64,000 nt of DNA, taken from assembly GCF_006345805.1 (NCBI RefSeq), contig NC_043024.1:13578001-13642000 (forward strand), read 5' to 3'. The first letter of the stretch is position 1. Each line of letters starts with the position of its first letter. The DNA is from Octopus sinensis. Lineage: Eukaryota. Under the pieces are notes generated by a model. That model searched no databases and was not told the origin of the DNA. It was given only the letters and a program-made list of their open reading frames with translations. Both the position numbers and the translations under genes were made by a program. Shown here piece by piece: positions 37,775 to 51,032 of the stretch.

Positions 37775-39693
37775 AATTTTGCTTTTATCTTTGAAGACCC
37801 CACACATAAACCCCCACAGGGTCACGTATGATTTGACATAAATATAATCAAAGGTCAGGTCATATTTGACATAGATATAATCAAAGGTATTCTACAGATT
37901 CGAATCTTGAATTTTGCTGTGGTGTAAATTTCCAAAGACGATATTATTTAAAATTTTCTCCGAAAAGGTTGGGTTGATTTGAGGAAGAATCGGCTGCTAT
38001 TTCCAGCATTGCGTTCCAATGGAGGTCTTTTTAGTTAGTATCGGTCACTTCAGGAATATATAATGTTGCTGGTATAGTTACTGTGTAACAGGAAACGAGG
38101 ATTTTACGGTAAGCAAAGCTGCTTAGTGGGAGCAAACCCATTTCCAAACAAGGATATTCAAAGCGTTTTCATTGCCCTCATAAAGCATTAAAACAATTTA
38201 GGGATCACTGGTACTCAACTATTCCCTATCCGAGGAATTTTAAGCAGACGTAATATCTAAAGCTCTCCACTCATTGTCCCTATTTGTGGCACTACAGCGT
38301 CAAATAAACCATTTCGTTAGTCATAAGAATGTAGGATGAGATTTTGAGAGACATGTGACTGCTATTTCTAGCAGATTGATTGACCACCTAGCATTCTCCT
38401 ATTCATTGCCTCGTGTTGAAGCTTTTATGGAGGACAGAATTTTTTTCTATTGCTTCCCCCATTTGATCCCATCGTTCCTTTCAATGAAATATTAAGGAAA
38501 GGGAGTTACATTTCCGTAGCAAGGATCACGCTATTCACTAAAAGACTAACGGCCATATCACTTAATTCTATGGAATCTTCCTGTAAACACACAGTCTATT
38601 AATTCTAGAGTACCATTGAGGAACGGTGAAAGCGATATTTTAAACAAATCTTCGTATCAATTACACAACATTCTAGTTTTCTCTATTCAATATTTCTCTC
38701 GTCTTACATTCCATTTATCTTCCCAGCATTCATTCCGTTCCATTTATGTGTTTCTTTATTCATTTTAGTTATTTTATATATTTTTCATTCTTTCAATGTT
38801 ATAATTCCATATTTTCTAAAAATCATAATACATGCAATTGTGTAACATTCAGATATTTGTCAGGATTGAGCACAATTTCAGTATATTTTAACAAAATGGA
38901 CAGTCAATACACATTTTAAAAATATTTTCCTTCACTTATTTGCTTTTCGCGTTTTGTTGCAATTTTTGAATAGTGTTCCTGTAAATGTAAGGAAAAATAT
39001 AAAACAAAAATTAAAATAAATATACAATAAAAGATAAAAATCTATAACATGTAATGCTTGCTTAACGTTTTTTCTTTTCTTTTTCCCTTTGGCGTATGAA
39101 GGCACATTTATGAAAATTACATTAGTTGTAGGATTTTTCTTTCTTCTTCGTTTTCTGTGCTTGAATTTCTAATATTCAAAGTATCTTCATTTCCAGCTAT
39201 TCAATTGTATTTGCTGCTGCTGCTGTTATTAAATGAGTTCCATTTTTAAGTATAATATTTTATTTTTTGGTTTGAGTGTGTGTGAGAGAGACAGAGGGAT
39301 GAAAATTTGAATGAGAGACAGAGAGAAATAATTTGAATGAGAGGGAGAGAGAATTTGAATGAGAGAGAGAGAAAATTTGAATGAGAGAGAGAGAGAGAGA
39401 GAGAAAGAGGATGTATGTGTGCAGGTGGGGTGGGTGATTCGGGAGGATTAAATAGATATGCAACACGGTTTACAAAACAGCATAACTCTTCAGTTAAGTG
39501 GCATTGAACATTAAAACACAGTTACATTAGGTGGCAGAAAACTTTTATTATTTTAAAATAAAAGCAAATAGTGAATTGAATAGAAGAAGAAACAAATACA
39601 TCAATATAACAAAAAATGACTAAAATATCACGAAATAAACATAAATAAAGGCAATCGGAGAGCACCAACATTATATGCTCTCCCCCACGCCAA

Positions 39694-39737
<44 letters not shown>

Positions 39738-40358
39738 TAATGACTAAGTGAGTCACGGGGCCATACAATTCGTAATTTTGTTGATTTGTTCGACCCTTGA
39801 ACATTTCTTTATCAAACCCAGGAAATGATGAAAGACAAAATGGGCGACGACAGAAATTTTAAATGAAAACGAAACGACTTAACTACATACGGGTAAACAT
39901 TATACTCTTTACACTTCCCTGGCATTCGCATCACTGATTTCATATCTCAGATAGGCACAGAGTATCAGATATGAGGGAAGCTGTGTAGTCGTATATATTA
40001 ACCCTTTGCCTATCCAAAGCATTTTCTTAAGATTTGCCTAAACGCTCCTGCTTGTTTATATACTTTTAGCTACCCCTTGTTCCATACGTTTTGAGTAGCA
40101 TAAAGCTTTTATCTCTCTCCAGTTATTTAGATGGTAGAAATAAATTGGCAACGTGTATGGCGAATGGACGCCATATCAATATGCCCTGTGTATGACATGC
40201 GATGCACAGGAGGGAAAAGGTTTAACAACAGTGTTCAGGTGGAACTTTATTTCATCAACTCCTGGCTATATGAAATGGAGACAATGTCGTCCTAGGCAAA
40301 TGCTAAAATCAGAACGTAAACGAAGAATAGACTTAATTTGTTATTTAAAAATAGACAT

Positions 40359-40752
40359 AGGCGCAGGAGTGGCTCTGTGGTAAGTAGCTTGCTAACCAAC
40401 CACATCGTTCCGGGTTCAGTCCCACTGCGTGGCATCTTGGGCAAGTGTCTTCTGCTATAGCCCCGGGCCGACCAATGCCTTGTGAGTGGATTTGGTAGAC
40501 GGAAACTGAATGAAGCCTGTCGTATATATGTATGTATATATATATGCGTGTGTGTGTCTGTGTTTGTACCCCTAGCATTGCTTGACAGCCGATGTTGGTG
40601 TGTTTACGTCCCCGTCACTTAGCGGTTCGGCAAAAGAGATCGGTAGAATAAGTACTGGCCTTACAAGGAATAAGTCCCGTGGTCGATTTACTCGACTAAA
40701 GACGGTGCTCCAGCATGGCCGCAGTCAAATGACTGAAACAAGTAAAAGAGTA
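40359..40752 (+). mobile_element. SINE family B, full length
   Basis: Head, CORE-like ATCTTGGGCAAGTGTCTTC, internal microsatellite, tail GACTGAAACAAGTAAAAGAGT. Confidence 0.92.
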
Positions 40753-43378
40753 ATAGAGTATAAGTGGGCAGATTTCAAATAAAATTTTTTGAAGCATGGC
40801 CTCAGACCAATCCCAGTGCGGGGACACAGGGACAAAGATCTTCTGTTATAGCCCTGAGACTTGTGGCCGGAGTTGGTAGTAGACGGAAACTGAAAGAAGT
40901 CCGTGGTAATCTTTCCTACAATTAATATTGAGTGAATGTGTCAATATCTAAGGTATGTTTCTTCCCACACTAGACATATTTTAGTGCTGTTGACACCTCC
41001 GGATTGAATGGAAACTTCTTAAGTGTCGAAACTATAGTGATATCCATGGTGCAGCTGATGATGGAGGTATATTAGGATGGTGTGGCTGTTTTTGTATGTG
41101 CGGAATAGATTTATAAGACATCCATTCGATATATAAAATTATAAACGTGTGTCTTTGAGCATTTGTGAATCTGTATGTTTGTTTGTCATTGTGCGTGTGT
41201 GTATCTCTGTATATGTGTGTTTATGCGCGTTTTTTTCCAGCACTACTTAGCAACTAGCGCTGGTGCGTATACGCCCTCGTATTGTAGGGGTTCAGCAGAA
41301 GAGATCGAAAGAATAAGTACCAGGCTTTAAAACGTAAGTTCTGGTGGAGATGCGCTTAAATAAAAAAACCTTCAAGACGGTGCCCCAGCATGGCCGCATT
41401 CTAAATGAGTGAAGCAAGCAAAAGATACAGTATCAAAGATTTAGTGCTGGTTGTCTGTTGTTCTGATAAACAAACATGTGACCAATATCGTTTCTAATGA
41501 TGTTGTCGTCCATTTTGTCAAGGCAACCTTTAACAAACAACGCTTAAACAATGTAATTTCAGATATCTTTCCTAGAATGGTAGCATATGGTTCGTCAACT
41601 ATACATAAACATTGAAGTGCTTTCTAGATTGCGGCTGTAGTTCCAACCACATTTTAATTGATTCTCTGCTTTCAAAATTATCAAACAGTTTCGAAATTCT
41701 TCGAGAAATAATCTTAGTGAATTTAACCATATACATATCTCATAGCGAGTGTTGAAAGACGCTGCAGTTCTAATAATCTACAACCACTACCGAAAAAAAA
41801 AATACGATCTATAAAAATCTCCTAACGAACCACTATTCAGAATCTAACAATGAACAATAAAAATATTTAGAATTTGAATATATTTACATACATAAAACAA
41901 GTCGACTGAAAAAATATTAAGAAACAAAGACATAAACGATGGAATGAAAACATTTTGAAAAGCTGGAGAATTGTCATCGTCAGCTGTATATCATAAAACA
42001 GCATGATTTCGACACGTTATAGCACGGAGCTACTTCCTATGGTGACAATCACGCTGAAAATAGAATTAAATAGTTCTTTTAAGAACAAATAAGCTTATTT
42101 GTCGCATGGAATAGTAACAACGAAGCATAGACCGAAAATATTATGATATAAGTTGGTAATTGAAGTATGAAGATATATATTGATGATTAAATCTGATATA
42201 TTAAAAATGTTATAAAAAAAAAAGATGTAATGAATAAAAGGGCGATACACCTACGAAGCAAATGACAAAATGTAGCCACATTATAAATATTAGTTAGTTA
42301 AATCTCTTAGTTTCTTTTACAATAATAATTAATTCTGCTAATCCCAGACCTATCGTAGTGTATTGTGATGTGATATAATATAATATAAAATAATATAATA
42401 TAATATAGTGTAGTGTATTATAGTATAGTATAATAATAATATAATTGTCTGATTTCATTAAAAAACAACCCCATTTTTCTTTACTTTCTAATGACCTCTC
42501 ATTGTAACCTGACAATCTATTAATAGTAACATTTATAAATAAAGAAATAAATTGTTGACCTCAGTTCGAATTTTGCACTAAACAAGCTTAGATTTTCTGG
42601 TAGTATTTTCTGGTAGACTTGTGTCCATCCCCTTAGCTTCCCCTTTCCTTTCTCTTTGATAGCTTTAATAGCAGTAACTGATTAAATCTACTTCCTTCCT
42701 CCTCTCCTCTGTGATTCTTGTAAAATTCATTAACAACCTGCACCTCTACAATATAAGACTGTCCTTTTGCTCCTCATTTCGGATCCCCTGATATTTTCGC
42801 ATGATTGTACCCTAAATCTCTTCACAAAACTGATTATGAACTATAAGGACATGCACATATTCTGTAAGTTCAAGACTTTTCAATCGGATCTCCAAGAATC
42901 GAACTTATCTGCGATTCTTGTAAATTTCATAACAATCTGTTCCTCTATTCTCTACAACACGATATGACAGTCACTTTGCTTTTACTCAGACTTTCCTCTA
43001 CATGATATGGCAGTCACTTTGCCTCTTACTCGGATTTTCAGAATTTTGCATGACTGTATCCGAAAATTTCTTCACACAACTTGATTAAAATTCATATGAG
43101 CTATAGGTAGACGTGCACAATTCTGTAAGTTTAAAACCTTTCAATCGGATCTCCATGAATCAAACTTTCTTCATTGCAGTTGATCTTACAACCTCTTTTG
43201 TATCTACCACACCCCTTTTGATGTTTGGGAATTCTCTGATGTTTTTTTCGGCTGACGAGTACGAGCCATCTGTATTCACTGCATTTTTTTTAGCTTATTA
43301 AAGATGTCCTCGTACGAAACGATCGTACCGAGATTTTAATCCATTCTTGTTGCTTTTTCCTATATATATATATATATA

Positions 43379-43422
<44 letters not shown>

Positions 43423-43496
43423 ATGTATGTATGTATTTATGTATTTATGTATGTATGTATGTATGTATGTTATTATGTTGTATGTATGTATGCATA

Positions 43497-43665
43497 TATG
43501 GGTACAGGACGTCACAAACAATAAACAACATAAATTACGAAAACAAGTAGCTGAAAACACAAACAACGAGACAAACAAATGGAAAACATGACAAGTAACA
43601 TAAAGAACGACCCTTCATCAGCTGTCCGCTGCCTAACTACTCCTCATTTCGAGTGTTCATATGGA
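43497..43665. repeat. unclassified repeat family H, copy 2
   Basis: Homologous to 35625-35800. Abuts an (ATGT)/(TA) tract. Confidence 0.55.
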
Positions 43666-44029
43666 ATAACATTATTCAAAGGTAAATTTACTTAATCTAC
43701 TTCTCGGCCTTTCTCATTCTCCTTAAGGAATCTGTAGAATAGCTACTTATAAGTATTCTTTCATAACATTGCATTTTGTGATTTTACATCGCTGACCACC
43801 TCCACAGAGATTTCTAGTTTTTTGTTGAACGACTCCTGACGTGTGGGCAAACGATATTAACCTGGGTGAGACGTAGATATGAGGATACAGAAAGGGTAAG
43901 GATGAATTAACCAGAAATAAAATAAAACAAAAGAGAGATGCCATAATGTGTTATGGTAGGGAGCTAACTGAACGAACAATACAGGAGGAAAAGGGGAGAT
44001 TAAGGAACGCAATAAAGAGGAAGATGAAA

Positions 44030-44730
44030 AAGGAGGAGAAGAAGAAGGAGGAGAAGAAGAAGAAGAAGAAGAAGAAGGTGGAGTAGAAGAAGAAGAAGAA
44101 GAAGAAGAAGAAGAAAAAGGCGGAGGAGAAGAAAACGACGAAGAAGAAGGAGAAAGAAGAAGAAGAAGAAGAAGAAAAAGAAGGCGGAGGAGAAGAAGGA
44201 GATGGAGGAGGAGAAGCAGAAGAAGAAGAAGAAGAAGAAGGAGAAGAAGGAGAAGAAGGAGAAGAAGGAGAAGAAGAAGACGAAGAAGAAGTAGAAGAAG
44301 AAGAGGTAGAAGAAGGAGAAGGAGAAGGAGAAGGAGGAGCGAAGCAGGTAAGATCAAGAAGGAGGATAAGAAGACGAAGATGAAGACGACAAGAAGAAGA
44401 AGAAGAAGTAGAGGAGAATTACGAGGAGAGAAGAATAAGAATCCGAAGAAGATAAGTCCGTCTGCTCAGGAAGGAGATAGAATAAAAAGAAGCAGAATAA
44501 GAATCTAAGAAGAAGCCGTATTAGTCGAAATAACTCTCTTTGAGAGGAAGATAAGAAGAACAAGACGACTAAGAATAAGAAGAAGAAAAGACGCAGACTA
44601 TAGAAAAGGAGAGGAAGAAGAAGAAGAATCCAAGAAGCCTTGTTTAATGAAGGAAGAAGCAGATCCGAAGAAGAAGAATAAGAGAAGAAAGAGAAGAAAA
44701 GACCGAAGACCCGAGAAGAAGAAGAAAAGA
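44030..44730. repeat. degenerate (GAA/GGA)n purine tract
   Basis: Directly visible. Confidence 0.95.
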
Positions 44731-44798
44731 ATTCTGCTATAATACGTGAAAAATCGTGGTAAACTAATGACGGTGATTTAAAATGATTTCTTTCCTAG

Positions 44799-44826
44799 AA
44801 TCCGACAGGACAAAAAGGCAAAAATG
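44799..44826 (+). CDS. candidate 28-nt microexon (18 nt with the internal AG)
   Basis: tttctttcctAG|AATCCGACAGGACAAAAAGGCAAAAATG|GTAAGT: strong signals on both sides, all frames open. Confidence 0.3.
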
Positions 44827-45269
44827 GTAAGTATACAATAGTTATTGGATTGCCAGGTGATTTCCTCTCCTTGGCATCTATCGCCGAATACCTGAACAAA
44901 AAAAAAAAACGCAATAAAAATTGTTCATGTTGAGTTGTGAAAAAAGAATAGACTTACAGAAGGAAAGAAAGCATAGAACATTATTTTTCGTGTTAATTCA
45001 AATTGCATTGAAAAGGAATAAAACGGAAAAAACCCAAACAAAACAAAAGCAGAATTGGCTGTATTTCTTCGACGCACACCTATATTCATATCGTTACCGT
45101 TTTTTCATATTACGAGACAGAATTATGCTAAGTACTGTATTTTCGGTGTTAAGCAATGTCTAGGAGTTTTATTACACTATGGATATTTACACAGAACCAG
45201 ATTTATACCATGAATGAGAAACCATATAAGACGCGAATAATACAACAAAAACAAACTATAAATTCATAG

Positions 45270-45310
<41 letters not shown>

Positions 45311-45475
45311 TACATAATATATATACATATATATATATATATAATATATATATATATATATAATATATATATATATACACATATATACATATATATATAT
45401 ATATGCACATAATACATACACACGTACATACTAAGTATGTATATATGTAAGAGAAGATGGATGCAGGTGTCGAGT

Positions 45476-45508
<33 letters not shown>

Positions 45509-46010
45509 ATGTGTGTATGCAAGTTATTGAACGTATCACCTGCATTAAATAGCGAGATTCATACCTGAGGCAACCACCAAGTGAATACGTAATTTTATAG
45601 AAATCAACCCTAGTATAACCTACTCACCCACACACACACAAGCACACATACCCACACTCACACACACGCATTAATATATATATATATATATATATATAGC
45701 GTTTTGTTCCATGATGTGAAGATCAACAAAGAAAAGTACGCAATCCGGTGAGAGATAAGTATTATTTAATAAGCACATTATATGTTATTTTTTATGTGCT
45801 ACTTTTAGTGTTATGAGTTGAGAGCAAGCCAAACTATTTTTAACCTGTCTGGGTTCCTCGCACAACAATGAGACACGACCCACCGTGTCTGATGATTGTG
45901 CTTGTACACCAGATGTATCATAAAGCAACGCTCTCAGTACAGCAAACTAAGAGTAGCACTTGAATACATATATTCTGCTTATTAAATAATATATATATAT
46001 ATATACGTAA

Positions 46011-46180
46011 AGGGAAAGCTTACGAAAATATACAAAAGACGAAGGCAGGTGGTGTACAAACAAACTGATGTATTAGTATACCGCTCAGGAATAGAAAAAT
46101 GTCTTTTACGTTTCGAAAGGTACACAGAAAAACAAGGAGAGAAACAAGGAGAAAATAAATGTGTGTAGTAGCTAAAGATA
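46011..46180 (-). mobile_element. repeat family G copy with the hammerhead core deleted
   Basis: Minus strand CCTTTC|GAAACGTAAAAGAC lacks the CUG..GA/stem II segment present at 53651-53670. Abuts (TA)n. Confidence 0.6.
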
Positions 46181-46789
46181 TATATATATAAAAAGGAAAA
46201 CAGGAAAACGGCGAAGGAAATGATCTCGTGTCTACCCCTGGGGAGAAACAAGCACAAACACGGAACATGATTGTAGCAATACTCCACAGCCGTATAGCGA
46301 GGGTGAAATGAAGTTTGCAGAGTAAAGAATAGAAAGTGACGCAGGGAAGGATGAAAGAAAAAGATGTAAAAGTGGTTATATAAAAATAAATGAGAAAAGC
46401 ATCGAAAAGGATAGAAACAAGAGGAGAGAGATCTCCTTCTGACAACTGCAGGGACCCTCTGCTGTGTTATGATGAAAATATCGAAGCAGATGTGGGAACA
46501 ATAAAATGGCGTTCAACGTTTTTCGAAGAGGAGACGATAGCTCATATCCTTTTTCTGTTAGAATTATAAAAGTTGATACCGTTATATATGATCAACACTT
46601 TGCAGAAGCCCTTTGCATAAGCGGCCCAAGTTACTTGAAGCACTGGGATGAGACCCTTATTCAATGAGTCAGTATTTAGTGTGTGATGATGCGCAGCCAT
46701 CAACAAACACTCCAATCTCCAAAATCAACATTCGTTAACCACAGTCACGATAAGTCATGTCTATTCCCTTTCGTCATATCTCTGTGGAA

Positions 46790-47116
46790 CCCAGACCGGG
46801 CGTTGTGAGTGTTTATTGTGCGAAAACACCTAAAAGCTCCACGAGGCTCCGGCAGGGGGTGGTGGCGATCCCTGCTGTACTCTTTCACCACAACTTTCTC
46901 TAACTCTTATTTCCTGTTTCTGTTGTACCTGTATTTCAAAGGGCCGGCCTTGTCACTCTCTGTGTCACGCTGAATATCCCCGAGAACTGCGTTAAGGGTA
47001 CACGTGTCTGTGGAGTGCTCAGCCACTTACACGTTAATTTCACGAGCAGGCTGTTCCGTTGATCGGATCAACCGGAACCCTCGTCGTCGGAACCGACGGA
47101 GTGCTTCCATCCATCC
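46790..47116 (+). mobile_element. SINE family D, 5'-truncated, flanked by ~113-bp direct repeats
   Basis: Near-identical to 60615-60939; CCAT-repeat tail. Flanking repeats at 46678-46789 and 47117-47230. Confidence 0.9.
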
Positions 47117-48170
47117 AGTGTATGATGATGCACAGCCATCAACAAACACTCCAATCTCCAAAATCAACATTCGTTAACCAAAGTCACGATATAAGTCATG
47201 TTTATTCCATTTCGTCATATCTCTGTGGAAATGTCCATATAACCGAATTACTTGTAGTTTTCGCTTTCTTTCACAAATTATTTTATTTTCGCACACATTC
47301 TACACTACAAGTTTGACACCGGTTGACTTGTATTTCTCCTACAACTCATTTAAATGGTTCTTCTTTAACGTTTTGCCAACGAGTGGTTTACTGACCTTTG
47401 ATTTACGCCCATACAGTCAGAAATGTTAATAAGTTCATCCCGCCCCAATCTTTCATTTGATATATAATTAACAGATGTATGATTTCGTGTAGCACACTTG
47501 ATTCATAATTAGCTTTTTCTCCTTTTCTGTTTCATGCAGATATTTCAATTTTGTCTAATTTACCATTCCAGCACAATAACGTTCAATGGGAAACATACAT
47601 ATTTTATTCGCGTATATCAAATTCCTTGAATAAATTTCGAACTTCAATACAAGATTTAATATTTCAAGTACGTCTTTTGACATTTCCGTCATTTCATCAT
47701 GCATAATGCAATCGAATTTCCTCCTCATCATTACTATTAGATGATAAGGACGTTGTTCCATTACAAATGTTAGATTGAAATGGCGGCTTCTCCTCCCTTT
47801 CTCAATGCTTAATCTATCAAAATTTGGTAAAGAAATTTCCATTCCTAAATCTCAGTAACCTATATTCGGAAATTCAAAGGTAAATTAAATTCTTTCACTG
47901 AGTCAGTAAGTCATCAACGAAAAATTGGAAATTAACGGAAGGTGTTTTTCTCCCTAGATTTCTTATTATTAATTAGATATCAGAGCTCTAATAAATAACA
48001 AAGGGAAGCTGAGACTCGTCTTGGAAGATACCTATATATAATGGCTATAGTTCCTAGTGACAACATTATCAGTAGAAGAAATAGCAAAAATATTAAGAAA
48101 AGCGTAGCTCTGAAGAGCTGCTATACGAAGGGCAAGAACAGCAATAGGAAGCTGCAAAACAAAAACAATA

Positions 48171-48223
<53 letters not shown>

Positions 48224-48255
48224 ATAATAATAATAATACTGCTACTACTACCTGT

Positions 48256-48413
48256 GAAGACGCGTGGCTTAGTGGTTAGGGCATTCCGCTCACGATTGTA
48301 AGGTTGTGAGTTCGATTCCCGGCGACGCGTTGTGTCCTTGAGCAAGACACTTTATTTCGCATTGCTCCACTCCACTCAGCTGGCAAAAATGAGTTGCAGC
48401 TGTATTTCAAAGG
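48256..48413 (+). mobile_element. SINE family C (tRNA head + CORE-like GTGTCCTTGAGCAAGACACT), 3'-truncated
   Basis: A-box TGGCTTAGTGG, B-box GAGTTCGATTCC. Ends at TGTATTTCAAAGG, a motif shared with family D. Related fragments near 9435, 26957 and 60165. Confidence 0.8.
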
Positions 48414-48551
48414 TAATGGTGTCAATAAGACCCAGAAGAGTCAGGTAATGCTGAACAGGTGCTATGGATAGACTATAACTACGCTCCAGTTTCGGTGATT
48501 ATGCAAATGCGGAGTCCAATGTAGTTCATGTATATATACATTTTTTTTTGC

Positions 48552-48746
48552 AATGTGATAAAAATCCAAGGCTGCGAAAGATTTTAGAACATTTATAAAT
48601 AGAAGGTCTTACAGCTGTTTCCGTGATATTTTATATATTTCCTCATCGTCTCCGATGAAGCGATATATAAAAGAACCCGGAAACAGCTGTGGGACCTATT
48701 TATAAATGTTTTGAAATCTTTCGCAGCCTTGGATTTTTATCTCATT
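48552..48746. repeat. ~95-bp-arm inverted repeat carrying two opposed hammerhead relics
   Basis: Pivot hairpin CATCG-tctc-CGATG (48644-48657). Each arm reads GATGA-N~20-GGAAA-C-AGCT-G-T(A/G)-(A/G)GAC. Confidence 0.85.
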
Positions 48747-48977
48747 CTGAAGAAATTTATATATACATACATATATATATATATACATACATACAGGCTT
48801 TCAGATTAAGTTTACTACATCATCACAAGGCTTTCATCGGCCCGGGGCTACGCAGAAGACACTTGTACAAGATGACATCGAGTGGAAGCGATCTAGGAAA
48901 CTTGTGATTATGAGACAAACTTCTTAATCACATAGCAGCGTCTACGCCTAAATATATGTGTGACTGTGTGTGTTTAT

Positions 48978-49019
<42 letters not shown>

Positions 49020-49429
49020 TCAGGAAATACATTAGACAAATAGAGAGATTGTTATATTGTAATATGCCTAACTAACACTAGATATAGAAATATAATCAAA
49101 TATCCACACATACACATATGTTTTCTCACATACAGGCAGACTTATGCACACATGCGCCGTGTAGACATATGTGCATAGATATATACATGTGTGTGCATAT
49201 ATGTATGCATGTATGTTGACATACGAATATACATACATACAGAGTGAAAGAGACAGAGAGGGAGAGAGAGAGAAGGAGAAAGAGAGGGGGAGAGAGAGGG
49301 AGAAAGAGACAAAGACAAAGAGAGAGAGATATTAATGGAATTTCTGAAATCACTTCAAAACTTTGTTTAACGCAATAAGTATGGCGTCCGTGCGAAAGGG
49401 CGTTTATTGCTTTCAAACTGATTGTGACC

Positions 49430-50409
49430 ACGATAAAGTTGACATTGATGATGACTCTGCTGATTGCTGTACTGATGGTGATGATGATGGTTGTGGTGAT
49501 TATAATTATGATGATAACGAGGATGATGTTGATGATGCCGATGATGAGGATGAGGATGCTGACGGTGATGAAGATGGCGATGATGATGATAATGATGATG
49601 ATATTGATGGTTGTGGTGATTATAATTATGATGATAACGATGATGATGGCGGTTTTGGTGGAAATGATGATGATGATGATGATAATGATGATGATGACGA
49701 TGATGGTGATGATGATGATGATGGTGGTGGTGGTGATGAGGATGATGTTGGCGGTGATGAAGATGGAGATGATGATGATGATGATGATGATGATAATGAT
49801 GATGATGACGATGATGGTGATGATGATGATGATGGTGGTGGTGGTGATGGGGATGATGTTGGCGGTGATGAAGATGGAGATGATGATGATGATGACGAGG
49901 ATGATGATGATGATGATGATGATGAAAATGATGTGATGATAATTATTATTGAAATGGTGATGTTGAGGGTGGTGGTTAAGGTGTGGTAGTGATGGTGGTG
50001 ATGACGGTGATGCTGGTGGTAGTAGTGGTGGTGGTGGTGGTGATATGAGCAATGATGATGATGGTGACGGAGATGATGAGAGGATGATTTTTGAATATAA
50101 TGGTGATGATGATGATGATGTGGAAGATGATTATGTTTTGTTGGTGATAGTAGGGGTGATAATGGTTATGTTGTCGGTGGATTGGTGGTGGTGGGGCTGA
50201 TGGAGATAGCAAAGGTGTTGGTATTTGTGCTGAAGATAATGATGATGATGATACAGGTGATTGATGATGATGATGATGATGATAGTGGTGGTGGTCGTGG
50301 TGGTATTACGTAATGCAGGTCATTTTTAATGATATGTATGACAAGGATTCAGATGTCGTTCATGACGATGACGATGAGTTTGAAAATAATTGTGATAACG
50401 GTGATAATG

Positions 50410-50490
<81 letters not shown>
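49430..50490. repeat. (GAT/GGT)n cryptic repeat with higher-order duplications, then (AAT)n
   Basis: 111-bp unit repeated at 49681 and 49792; 36-bp block repeated at ~49484 and ~49604. Confidence 0.9.
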
Positions 50491-50984
50491 GTTATCGTAT
50501 ACATTGTTTTGTCTTGGTATAAAAGATGGACTACAGCAAATATTCTGCTCAATACCACAGATCTGCTTGTCAGTTGTTTGACCTTAACCAGTTGAGCATA
50601 TCCCTTAGTGGCTGACGATATGTGCATCTCTGATCACGAGCAGATGTAGTGGGGGAGCATCATAGCCATGGGTTGAGAGGGATTCTTTGGGGTTTGGATA
50701 ATTCACCTTAGGAAACATGGGTGTTTCGTTCAACATCCTTAAACAACCCTTATTCAGGGACTTTTTGAGCAGGATAGGTTACTCTACCGGTAGAAAATTC
50801 TACCTGGGCCCCACCTGCAAGGTCATGTGCTGTTTATCTTGATATGAGATCACCATGTCGTGCACATATGGTTGTGATGTATGTGCCTGGTGTACCCTTA
50901 TCAGACGGGTAGTCATGATGGGTATACTGGGCTTCATACATTTTACCCAGTGTCACTTTGATGGCATGAACTGCTCTCTCACTC
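50491..50984 (+). mobile_element. repeat family E, flanked on both sides by (AAT)n
   Basis: Highly similar to 29825-30282. Confidence 0.8.

Positions 50985-51032
<48 letters not shown>

Noticed and set aside
39296-39400. Four copies of AATTTGAATGAGAG in a GA tract; also short tandem duplications near 37830 and 61489
   Set aside because: Ordinary slippage-derived minisatellites with no sign of function.
43605-43660. CTGATGA on the minus strand of family H
   Set aside because: No downstream GAAA, and a circularly permuted fold does not pair.
49126-50052. Longest ORF (308 aa, minus strand) and other poly-I/L/S/Y/H/E ORFs
   Set aside because: Translations of trinucleotide, tetranucleotide and dinucleotide microsatellites.
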